NCBI RefSeq assembly: GCF_000002865.3
Contig: NW_001865087.1
Coordinates: forward strand, 26,269-90,268
Direction: 5' to 3'
DNA length: 64,000 nucleotides
Source of the DNA: Monosiga brevicollis MX1
Taxonomy: Eukaryota
Below are positions 1 through 11,000 of the stretch, one piece after another. The notes below the pieces were generated by a model. It searched no databases, had not been told where the DNA came from, and worked only from the letters and a program-made list of their open reading frames with translations. The position numbers were made by a program, and so were the translations under genes. How positions within the stretch are numbered: the stretch's first letter is position 1; each line of letters starts with the position of its first letter.

Positions 1-760
1 CCCCCATTTGGTGACATATTCAAAGTGTTACCCATATCACACAACATCATATCAAACTGCATACGTACCTTATCTTTGTATTGGGCAGCATCTCGAATGC
101 GTTGTTGGTCCCAACTGGTCAACAGCTGCAGCGCCTCTTGTGGATCTGATGAATCACACGCACTGTACAACTGCTCTCCATCATCACTCATAATAACGGT
201 ATCTCTCTCTCTATTCACCATCCGCTTCAAACCGCTTTGCTTGCTTCTCTAGCCACCACCAATTTCATGAGCCCCCTCCAAGTACAACTCGTCTGACAAC
301 CTAGAATTCGACAGGCGCGCGCCGTTTCCAAAACGGCAGCCGGTCACCGGGCTCTTTGCTCTTCTCTGTCTGATGCACCAAACGACTCACCTTTGGCCAG
401 TAGTTCTCGATGACAGTTGCGAGGACGGGTGGACTTGATTGCCCAAGCGCACGTTGTCGACTGCGAGGCGAGATCAGTGGCCTCACAGGCAGCAGTGCTT
501 TCAATCAAAACGTTCCGGCGTCGCCGCAAGACCCCGATCAGGTAAGTCCCAAACCAAGCACAAACGATCAGTCACCACGCACACACAAAGCAAGACACGT
601 CAAGCAGCCCGCCGATGCCGATATCGAGACCGAGACCGCTGCCAAAAGAGAGCAAAAGAAGAAGAAGTCAAAGGCAAAGGGCAAAAAGGCAAAGAGGGAA
701 CAAGAAAAATGCCAACACACACACACACGTTTACTCTTATTCTTCTTTTTTAATTTTTTA
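1..760. repeat. Segmental duplication unit (ankyrin gene intron 1 + exon 1 + upstream region), homologous to ~6510-7230
   Basis: Shared blocks include tctcatgagccccctccaa-tacaactcgtctgacaacc, gcccaagcgcacgttg, gcgagatcagtggcctcac and cgcc(g/a)caag(a/g)ccccga. Confidence 0.85.
69..191 (-). CDS. First (N-cap) exon of ankyrin-repeat family paralogue A; gene continues off the left edge of the window
   Basis: ATG at 191, 123 nt, MSDDGEQLYSACDSSDPQEALQLLTSWDQQRIRDAAQYKDK followed by a GTACGT donor. Same length as, and clearly homologous to, exon 6580-6702, and homologous to the N-terminus of the gene at 24014. Confidence 0.85.
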
Positions 761-1237
761 CTTTCGAGAAAAGTTAAATTCCAAAGCGCCCGTTAAGCTT
801 GTTCGGATGGCGATTTCTTTGCGAGCATTGTCTCAAAGGCTCGCTGTGTAGGTCACAATCAGCTCATTGCCGTCAATGTCACAAGACCTTACGCGACCAC
901 ACTTTGTGCAAAGCAAAGCCGACTGGAAAAAAAAAAAAAAACTTACAGTGTAGTAAAGAACAAACTCACACCACAACCCGCCTTTTTTTTTCGCGGCGAC
1001 CCGCAGCTCGGCACGCAGCGATCAAGCCCCGAGTTTCTCTGCCACAGGGGAAGCTGGAAAAAAAGGGGGTGTGGACATCCAGCTGCTCATCCAGGAGCCA
1101 GCTTTGTGTGTTTTTGATATGGGACTGGCAGCCCTTACCTATCAGACCCCGAAGCACCGAGAGATACTCCTGATAAATTCGATCACAAGCGCACAACGCT
1201 TCCCAAACAAACGCACAAAGAGAAAACAAAAACCACG

Positions 1238-1560
1238 CTAGACGGTTGTATCTCGCTCCAGCATGGGACCGAGATTGTACGCCAAGCCGCCCGTGGCGCC
1301 GGCTTGCTGAAGGCGAGCTATGAGTTGGTCGAGTCTGGCGCAGGGCGCGACTAGAGTGTCGTTCACGAACCAGCCTTGATCGTCCGGGCTCCACCGAAGC
1401 AGATGGTGGCGAGGGCGCCCGGCATGTGCCACGGTCATGGCAAGGGAGCCGTCCGGCCGCCGTCGTAGCAAGAAGGCATGTCCATCCGGGCGTACCTCTT
1501 GCACCAGCAAAGACTCGGCTTCCTGCCGACCCATGTCGCCGTGCACCACAACGTGGGGGC
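1238..1560 (-). CDS. SH2 domain (C-terminal part of a gene)
   Basis: HGDMGRQEAESLL...PDGHAFLLRRR...LAMTV...RHHLL...WFVN...LDQLIARL matches the SH2 consensus and keeps the FLxR arginine. A YEAM tyrosine motif lies just upstream; the stop is at 1238. Confidence 0.8.
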
Positions 1561-1625
1561 TCGCGGCGGAACCGGGGCCGATCGTGTCGTGGGTTGCAAA
1601 GGCAGGACCGTCGCAGGGCATGGCT

Positions 1626-1633
1626 TCATAGTT

Positions 1634-1677
<44 letters not shown>

Positions 1678-2495
1678 TTTGTTGAGCGTAGAAAGCTCAT
1701 GAGAGGGGAAAGGGGCGGACCTTTGTCGGCGTTGAAGCAGCCGTACAAGCGAAGGTTGCCCATGGCGATGGAGCTGTTTTCCGCAAGTGTGACGGAGCCG
1801 CCGATGCGAAAGTCGAGGGTTGAGAGGTCGGTTAGATCGAGGGCCCAGTGCAGGGTCAAAGCCATTTCCGTGGTGTTGGGGGCGGCGAGGGGGCGGGTGC
1901 TAACGGCGAGGGCCACGTCGGAGCCAAAACCGGAGCTTGCGATTTTGTCCCAGCAGGCGCCATCACCCGACACCACGAGGCCGGCTTGTTTGTCGCGGAG
2001 GGAATCACGACCAACGGTGAGGAGGGCTCGAATGTTTTGATCACACGAACCACCGAGGCTCATCCAGTTGGTGCTATCCATGCGCAGGATGATGTCGAGG
2101 GATACGACGCCGGCGGCAAGATCGGGAGGGAGGGTCACCGAGCGCTTGTTGCTTTCACGAGAGCGGCCAGCAAAGAAGAGAAAGTTTGCTGGATCGTCAA
2201 AGTAGGGGACGGGGTCAAGAAGGGCGGGGGCCAGCATACCGCAAGGTTCGGTCGGGGGCAAAGCGGGGGAGTCGTTGTAAGAGGTGAAGGTGTCAAGCTG
2301 AGGCTGGCAGCCGATGGGGTCGTCCTTGGCGTTCGACAGAAAAAAGCTGGCGCCACCACCCACACTGTCGTCGCGGCTGTCCCACAGGAGGACGGTCTCT
2401 GTTGAAGCGCCATGGTGGGCACCCAGGACGAGGGCAACCAAGGCGATGGTCCAGAATGGTGCCAGGCGATTGCCTTGTTTCCGAGATCGGCGCAT
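1626..2495 (-). CDS. Signal-peptide-bearing extracellular region, probably the 5' part of the SH2-containing gene
   Basis: 289-aa ORF with a basic N-terminus plus hydrophobic signal (FWTIALVALVLGAHHGAS) and a globular, Cys-containing body; it runs into the (TG)20 tract. Confidence 0.65.
1635..1675. repeat. (CA)20 microsatellite
   Basis: Direct reading. Confidence 0.97.
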
Positions 2496-2624
2496 TTGTC
2501 AGGCTCCAGCACGTCTGGAGGCCGTTTTTGGGTTGCGAGGAAGCGCGTAGGTTTGAGGAAGCGTTTTGAGAGAGGTTTCAGAGACGTCCGGCGGAACGGA
2601 GCGAAAGCTTTGGTGGTGTCTTGA

Positions 2625-2954
2625 NNNNNNNNNNNNNNNNNNNNNNNNNNNNNNNNNNNNNNNNNNNNNNNNNNNNNNNNNNNNNNNNNNNNNNNNNNNN
2701 NNNNNNNNNNNNNNNNNNNNNNNNNNNNNNNNNNNNNNNNNNNNNNNNNNNNNNNNNNNNNNNNNNNNNNNNNNNNNNNNNNNNNNNNNNNNNNNNNNNN
2801 NNNNNNNNNNNNNNNNNNNNNNNNNNNNNNNNNNNNNNNNNNNNNNNNNNNNNNNNNNNNNNNNNNNNNNNNNNNNNNNNNNNNNNNNNNNNNNNNNNNN
2901 NNNNNNNNNNNNNNNNNNNNNNNNNNNNNNNNNNNNNNNNNNNNNNNNNNNNNN
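2625..2954. other. Assembly gap
   Basis: Run of N. Confidence 1.
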
Positions 2955-3209
2955 TCCCCCCCCCCCCCCCCTCGCCAGCCGGAGCCCCGATCCGGCGAGG
3001 ATGGTTCAAAGACAAACGGAAGAAATGGCGAAGGCACGCTGAGAACAAAAAGGGAAACAAGGATGAGAGAAAAAAAAAAATGCAAGTTTCATGATTCATG
3101 CAAGCACGCAAAATGGGGTACACTTGACCGTTCCCAGGTCGCCTCCTCCTTCGAGTAACCCATCCACTTGACGAGGTACTCGATACGAGGACGGCCCGCA
3201 CGGCCCTTG

Positions 3210-3430
3210 GGCCGCCGCAAGGCCCCGACCAGGAGAATCCCGTACCAAGCACAAGCAATCAGTCACCACACACACACAAAGCCAGACACGTCAAGCCGCC
3301 CGCCGATATGCCGATATCGATACGGAGACCGCTGCCAAAGAGGACAGAAAAAAAAACTAAAAAGCCAAAGAGAGAGAAAAGCTTTGAAAGGAAGGAAAAT
3401 GTCGACACACAACATTTTCTTTTCTTTTTT
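3210..3430. repeat. Third copy of a dispersed ~220-bp element also at ~520-760 and ~7040-7230
   Basis: cgccgcaaggccccgaccagg...atcagtcaccac.cacacacaaagc.agacacgtcaagc.gcccgccgat...gagaccgctgccaaaagag is shared with 520-650, and partly with 7040-7130. Confidence 0.8.
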
Positions 3431-4618
3431 TGTTCTGAAGCGTCAAAAACGTCATGCAAGCAAGCAAATTCCGATCTGCTGTCAAAGCGCCACAAAAACT
3501 GGGGCTTGTACGCACACATGCAATGCCTCTTGGCCAGCCGTGGCCGTCGGTCAACATTCCAAGCCCGTGGGCGAGCCGCTTGAACGCTGCCGGCCAGATC
3601 AAACATCTCCCCAGCCAGATGCGAGGGACGACGAGCGAGCCAACTTGATTTCTGGGGCGATATTTCATGTCCAAAGGAAACAAGCAGTGAGCCATTGACG
3701 TTTCTTGGCACTACAAACGACTATCAACGGGGTTCTTGTGTCTATGTCCCCTCTGTAGTGTTGGAAGCTCGGGTGGAGGCTCAGGTTTTGGCAGAGCGCC
3801 CAATCCAATCATTTCCACTCGACCAGAAGCAACCAAAGGAGGATTACATCAAATTTTATTTTTGTTATCGGCATCCGGACGGCTGCTGCTTGAACCAGCA
3901 ATTGAGCCACGTGATCGCACTCATCACAGTTGGGCATTCCAGAGCAGAAGGGGGCAAGCGCGCCTAGTATTCACGATGCTGATGCCCCCTGTGCTTCTTC
4001 TTGTTTTTCGAAGTTTGAGCTTTGCTCCGTTTCTCCTCGGGCGAGCCGGAACAAGTTTGATGTGACTCCACGTCCTCGTGATAGCGCTGACTGTCTTGCC
4101 TTGCGGTGGCTTTGATCACTGAGCCCTTCGAACACTTTCAATGAAGGGGATGAGGATGTGTAGGAGCGACCAGACACGCATCTACTGCATTCACTTGCCA
4201 AAGTACCCAAGTTCAACCGGGACCGATCGCTCGCAAAACAAAAGCTCCCGCTCAACGCCCTCGGCAGCAGCTCGCCCAGCGCCACAGTCGCCATTACCGA
4301 GACACTGCTGTTTTCATTTGATGTCATGGTGCATGGAGACGAACGGTGTTTTGCCCTTCTCAGGTGGTCATGGGACTGGCCTGCTTCAGACGCTCGGCAA
4401 AGCCCGCCCTGCCCGTTGACTTTTTTCTGTTTGCACAGCGATCGACAAGGCAAGCACAAGCTTCAAGCATTTCAATTCGTAGGTGCAGCTTCAGCGGCGG
4501 CCGTTAGAGCGGCCACGCGGTCACCAAGGGTTTGTAGATCTTGAATGTTAAACAATTGAGGATCCACGCGCCAGCCGACGCTACAGAAGACAGCAGCAGC
4601 GCACCGCCAGCGTCTGAC

Positions 4619-6702
4619 CTGCTCCGCATGAATCAAGCCTTGGACTGGCGCCACGTTGAAAACTTCAATGAGAACAAGGCAATGCGAACAATGACATGGG
4701 GATCAGGTTCGCACCTTTGGAATTCGAAGTTTGGTAGGAGCAAAGGGCTTGTGAAGCGCCCAGAAGCTCTGCAACCAGCTGCAACGTCAAACAGATTCAT
4801 CGGTAAGCAAGCTTGCCTCTGCAATTAGTACCGAAAATAAACAAAGGCCCACCTCCAGCTTGATGGGATTCCTGCGAAGGAGCAGATTCAAGGGCCATGC
4901 ACCGCTCTGCCACAGCAAGTCATCAAATATCAGTCGCAGGTGCAGCTAAACAGTGGAAAGTACAGCATCGCGGTGAACAGCTTACACGATCTCTCACATC
5001 CGGGTCAGCACCGTGCCGCAAGAGTTGGCGGATGCCCTTGCGGCTGGCAGAGAGGGAAGCGCAAGCTAGATGAAGTGGCGTTCGGCCGCGCTAATTATGA
5101 TCGATATTTGAAAACATGAGGCATGTTTTCGTTTTTTGTTTGAAAGGGGGCGTGCGTGGGTGGGAGTGAGCGTCAAATGTGCCGGGGTAAAGCTGAAGAA
5201 ACGCCCACTGAAAGCTGCTTGAGCGCATAAGGGAGGCAGAGGTGCGATGGCAAGGGACGGTGTAGTGCTTGGTTTGAAATCACAACATCAAGAAAAGGAG
5301 AGAGCGAGAACGGCGGGCGGAAGAGCCCAGCGGAACAAAGCGGGGGCATGGAGCACCCACAAAGCGCGGACGCAAATTGGGGGAAGAAGAGGGATAGCGG
5401 GAAAGCAGAAAAGGGGCCAGAGGCAGAACGGACGTGCACGGGTGGGCAGGTGTAGCCGAGCAAGGAACGGGGCAAAAGCGACGGGCAGCGGGAGCAGGAG
5501 CAGCAGCCAGAGGGGGGCAAAGGGGGAAGAGGGAGGCACTGTACTGACGTTGGCCTTGGCTTTAGCATTAGCGCCGTGCTCCAGCAGCATCTCCATCACC
5601 TTGACATGACCGTTTTGGCAGGCCATGTGCAGTGGCGTTTGGCGATTCTGTGGGATGATGCATCAGCATGATGTACAGGTACAGCAGCATTGTCATGTGG
5701 TACAGGTGTAATATCATAGGGGGTTAATGGGAGGAAGAGGGAGGTACTGTACTGACGCCGTCCTTAGCTTCAGCATCAACGCCGTGCTTCAACAGCATCT
5801 CCACCACCTTGACATGACCGCGACCACAGGCAGTGTGCAGTACTGTATCGTTACGCTGTGGGATGATGCATCGGCATGATGTACAGGTACAGCAGCATCA
5901 TCATGTGGTCCAGGTGTACCATCATAGGGGGCTCAAGGGGGTAAGGGGAGGTACTGTACTGACTTTGGTCTTGGCTTCAGCATCAGCACCTTGCTTCAAC
6001 AGCATCTCCACCACCTTGACATGACCGTTATTGCAGGCAAAGTGCAGTGGTGTAGAGCCACCCTGTGGGATGATGCATCAGCATGACGTACATCATCATC
6101 ATCATCATCGTGTATACCATCAGAGGGGAATCAAAGGGGGGAAAAGGGGTACCGTACTGACCCTTTCCTTGGCTTCAGTATCAGCACCATGCTCCAACAG
6201 CATCTCCACCACCTTGTCATTAATGCAGGCAAAGTGCAGGGGTGTCCAGCCATTCTGTAGGATGATGCATCAGCATGACGTACAGGCACAGCATCACCAT
6301 CATCATCATGGGGTCCAGGTCCACCATCAAGGGGGGGGGGGGTCAAGGAGGGAAGAGGGTGGTACTACACTGACCTCGTCCTTGGCTTGAGCATCAGCAC
6401 CGTGCTTCAAGAGCATCTCCACCACCTTGACAAGACCGTTATCGCAGGCACAGTGCAGTGGTGTTTGGTCACGCTGTGGGGGATGATGCAAACATAAGTG
6501 TTATACCATAACGTCACCCCATTCAGACATATTCTCAGCAGCCAATATCACACAACAACATACCAAACAGCTTACGTACCACACCTTTGTATTGGGCAGC
6601 ACGTTGTATACGTGCTTGGTCCCAACTGGTCACCAGCTGCAGCGCCTCTTGTGGATCGAATGACCGACACGCATCCCACAGCTGGTCTCCATCATCACTC
6701 AT
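4619..6702 (-). CDS. Ankyrin-repeat protein paralogue B: N-cap exon, five cassette ankyrin exons, C-cap ankyrin exon, short C-terminal exons; 3' end unresolved
   Basis: Exons with canonical AG/GT boundaries: 6580-6702, 6375-6473, 6162-6254, 5964-6062, 5757-5855, 5549-5647 and 4986-5090 (RGRTPLHLACASLSASRKGIRQLLRHGADPDVRDR). Probable further exons: 4853-4906, 4715-4778, 4619-4662. Repeats follow the TPLHxAC..GH...V..LL..GAD consensus. Confidence 0.88.
5520..6490. repeat. Tandem array of five ~200-bp exon+intron units
   Basis: The intron motif ctgtgggatgatgcatcagcatga...ggtactgtactgac and the exon motif cagcatctccaccaccttgacatgaccg recur with a period of 198-213 bp. Confidence 0.95.
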
Positions 6703-8087
6703 AGCAACGGTGTCTCTCTATTCTCCATTCGCTTCAAATCCGCTTTCTTGCTTTTCTATCCAAAATCAATCTCATGAGCCCCCTCCAAATACAACTCGTC
6801 TGACAACCCAAAAATCGGGCTGGGCGGATCCAAGACGGCAGCCGGTCAGCGGATCTTGCTCTTCCCCCCCTGAAAGTGCCGAGCGCCTCACCTCTGGCCA
6901 ACAGTTCTGGGTGAAAGTTGCAAGTACAGGTCTACTCGGTGGCCCAAGCGCACGTTGCCGACTGCGAGATCAGTGGCCTCACTCCAAAAAAAAAAAAAAA
7001 AGGGTGGTGGCAGTGCTTTTTCAATCAAACGATCTGGCATCGCCACAAGGCCCCGACCAGAAGAGTCCCGTACAAAGGGCAAGCGATCAAGCACAATCAG
7101 CCACGACAGACAGGCAAGCCACGTCGATCAGGTCGCCTTTGTCGATGTTGAAGAAGGGAAAAAGAGGCAAGAAGGCACAAGTCAAGAAGGCAAAATGCAA
7201 AGTGCAAACATATGTTTACGCCTTCTTCTTCAAACGAGTCATGACAGCAAGACTCCAAAGGACTCCAAAACGTACAACGCGGACTGCCCCCATGGCAGCT
7301 GGAACGCATTCCAAGACCCGTTATGAGCAGATTTCAAAGAGCCACAAAGCTTGGGGTTTTATGTGAATGCGTACTGCCACTTTGCCAGCCATGGCGTTGG
7401 CTACCCGACACCCCGGATGTGAGCGATCATTCCTGACGGCGAGTGCCAGCTCAAGTTCATGGCAACTCGCAACCAAAGGAATCAAGCAGTAGAACATGAA
7501 CGTTTCTAGGCATTGTAAATGACTGTCAGGGGGTTCAAGCTCATGAACTCTTATGTCGTGTTGGAAAGCGCAAGCGGTGGGGCCCAGATCCCCACAGAGC
7601 GCCCAAATCAATTCATCACTGCCAGCAGTAAAAAAAGAGAAAAGAAAAAAGGAGCAAAGGGGTTCTCCACAGCGCCTTGCTATAATGCTTGTCAAGAAGA
7701 TACTCCTGCCAACCCTCAACACTGCCCCCTCTTGATGTTCTAATCCCCATGTCTGACTTACACCAATGGCTTGATGCAGAGCACGATGCGATCAACTTTC
7801 TCTAGCCAGCATCAGCAATTCAATTCTAGCAGCAGACATGGCAATGCCATCCGCCAAGACAAGGACACACATGCACGAGCCAGCTCGTCGTTCAACACGG
7901 CACGACATGTATTCAGGATCTATTCAACACAAGTCCTCTCTCTATGCACAAAGTCAGGTAACATTGGCGATTCGCCAATGTTTTGGGTAGTTTTCGTTTT
8001 GTTGCCCCCAGTGCAAGTATACCAAGCGATGCCTTTTGCATGCGTCGCCATGATACCTTACGCTTGATCAAATTGGGCTTTCAGGGA

Positions 8088-11000
8088 TTATACAGACGGC
8101 ATTTGAATGCCATCGGCCTCAGCGGTGGCGTCCAAATCCATCACAATGTCCTCACTCGCTTCCTCGGCAGATGGCGCCGGGGCCTCGTCGCCCGGAGCCG
8201 TAAACCAGGTTGAAATGACGCTTTCCTTTGCTTGCGGTGCAGGGACGATGGGTGCGGGATCAAAGTAGCCAGCCTGCTGAGGCTCGGCACCACTGCTTGA
8301 TTCGTCTGCATCCTCACCAACTTGGAGGTAATTGCCATCCTCGTCAAAGATCTGAAAGTCCACGTCCTCGTCCCAGGCGGCATCGGCGGCAGAAACTTGG
8401 CCGTACAGGCCAATGGAAGGATTGGGCTCCTCCTGTGCACCTCCAAAATACAAGGGATTGAACAAGGTGCGATTGTCCTCAAGCATGGCTTGACTTTGTT
8501 TGTCCGCAGCCACGCGTCGAGCATTGTCCTTGCGGCGGCGATACCAACACACTGCCACAAGACAACAGATCAAGACGGCCAAGGGTATGGCAATTGCCAG
8601 AGCAACGATCAACGCATCGCCACTGGCCGAGCCGTTCTGGCTCGCTGCTTCCGTGTTCTCCCGTTCGCGCGCCACCGAAAATAGCGTCTCCATGTCAAAC
8701 TCGACGCCCCCCTCTCGGTTTTCGCCGCCTGTATTGGCAGGGTAGATGCCGACAAGACGGACGTCGCCTTGCATGTCGAGAGTGTAGCTCTCAGTCGAGT
8801 TGCTCAACTCGGCAACCAAAGTACCATTCTCCTGGCCGTCGCGACGACGCCGCGCCGAGTTGGTCCGAAACACGTACACGTTTTGGGATTCGACGTCACC
8901 GGAGCTAACCCCCAGTGACCACGTCAAGCGACAATTAGTCGCCAGCGCTCCAGTGACCCGCTCACAGGATACTTGACCGCCCTCCAAAGTCGTTGAAGGC
9001 ACTTGGAAACGGCAGCTTCCATCAACCGCGCGCTCTTGCAGATATGGACAAGGCTCGGTGGCCACACACAACTCAGCAGCATGATCCAGCTGATACACAG
9101 AGTCGCAAGCCATGGGTACGCAGGCTGCGCTTCCAGGGGAACTGAGGCTGCGGTCGGTCATGTTGGCCGGACACACAGTAGGAACCGCGGCCGTGGGCGT
9201 AGAGTCAACAAAATGACCACACACGCGCAACGTGGGTAACCAGGACAAGGTGCCCGGACAGAGCGAGCTGTCCTCTTCGGCAGCACGAGTTTCAAATTCG
9301 GACAGCAGGCTCGTGCACAAGGCGCTTGTCGGCGTCAGTGCACATGCCCCGGGCAGGGTGACACAGCCCAAGTCGCTGTCTTTGAAGACAGTGAGATTAC
9401 TCTCGGGGCACGTGGCCACCGTCCCATCAAATGTGAACGTGAGATCCAGGCTGGCGCCTGACGTGGTAAAGCGCCACAACGGTCCAGCCTGATTGCCCTC
9501 GACGCGAACGCTGATGACTGCGTGGGTACTGGTGAGGGTCACCGCGAAAACACGGTAGGAGAGCGCGGCTCCGGCAGGATTGGATACAATCACGTAGGCC
9601 GGAACATCATCAAGCGCGGCATTCACCGCCTCGAGGGCCCGAACTACCTCCAGCCCAGAAGCGTCAATCAGGGCGACGCCCAGTTCAGAAGTCTCTTCGA
9701 TGCGCGCCGCGTTTGCGCGCACCACTCCATCATCGAATAAAAAGGAAGTGGCTTCATCAAAGGACCAGGTGGCTGTCCAGGTGTCCAGTAAACGCACGGT
9801 AGTGCCACTGCGGTACACGAGGCTATCGTCGTCCGCCAGTGGGATGAACCACAGGTGGGTGAGGTCAGGAGCGTAGGCCAAGCGTGCACCCAATTCAAAG
9901 TAGGGACCCAACGTGAAAGTGGCCAGGCGCACGAAGGGCCGGGCTGCCGTGCCAATGTAGACGGCGCCACGCGTCTGTCCATCCGGATTGACGAGTTGCA
10001 GAGAAAAGCCGGCCAAAACTGAGAACATGGCTCCACTAGCATCGCGCTCCATCTGCACGTCAAAGATCACGGGAACAGCCTGACAGACACCGGAGACGTT
10101 GACAGTAAAGCCAGGGCAAGGGAGGGCTTCAGTACACGTTTCGGTTGCCTCGCACGTGCCAGTTTCGATGGACGACAAGCAGGTGCCCTCACTGGTCAGC
10201 AAGGTGCCGACAGGACAGCGCTGCTCCCCAGCATCGTCGGCTTGCGAGCCCGTGTCAGTTGCGTTGTTGCCGGTCGAGGCATCGTTGGTTTCGTCGATGC
10301 TCAGACTGACTGTCGTCCCAACAGGAAAGAAGTCCACCGAAGATGAAACGTTCTGAAGTGGTCGAAGCGCCACCAAGTAGTTGATCAGGCCATTCTCAGC
10401 CGCGGGCGTGCCCGCCGCAACCGTGCTGAGGTTGACAAGACGGAAGGTCCAGTAGCGTAAAGTCGATTCCAAGACCAAGCGTGGCAACGGCGCGTCACCG
10501 GCCAACTGCGCCTCTAGAATCCGAGCTGGGAGATAATCCGTCAGGAAGGGTACCGAAATGGTGCTTGGCACACTGATGTTCAGGACGTGGGCCGTGTATC
10601 CCATGGTCACAGACGAGGCCCGCCATTGAGCCAAGTCCATTGGGTCCACCGTTGCCTGGCTGAGTGCATTGCCAATGTAGATGCCGGTGACGGCTGCCTC
10701 CTGTGGGCTAGCAGGCACCTGCACGCCTACATCACCGCCGCCACTACCACCACTACCGTTGCCTTCACCACCAGAGCCCGTGGAGCCCTGACCAGAACCC
10801 CCAATGGAGCCGGGCACTCCGTTGACGGTACTTGCGGGGGCATATACCTGCACGGCCCAAGGTCCCGGAGTCACGACTTCTGGTCCGTCCACAATGGCGC
10901 CAAGCTCAAAGACCAGCCATGTCGCGGCGGCTTGACGGGCTGTCGTCGTGTCGCTTGCCACACCCGCCAACTGGGCCGTAACAGTGACATTTGTTGCACG

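Noticed and set aside
5288..5548. Hydrophobic C-terminal membrane tail on the ankyrin ORF 5288-5626
   Set aside because: This is read-through into a pyrimidine-rich intron; a proper downstream ankyrin exon exists at 4986-5090.
5520..6490. CRISPR-like or non-coding tandem array
   Set aside because: The units are spliceosomal exon+intron pairs encoding ankyrin repeats, and the context is eukaryotic with no cas genes.
7321..7722. 133-aa minus-strand ORF
   Set aside because: No recognisable motif and no consistent exon chain.
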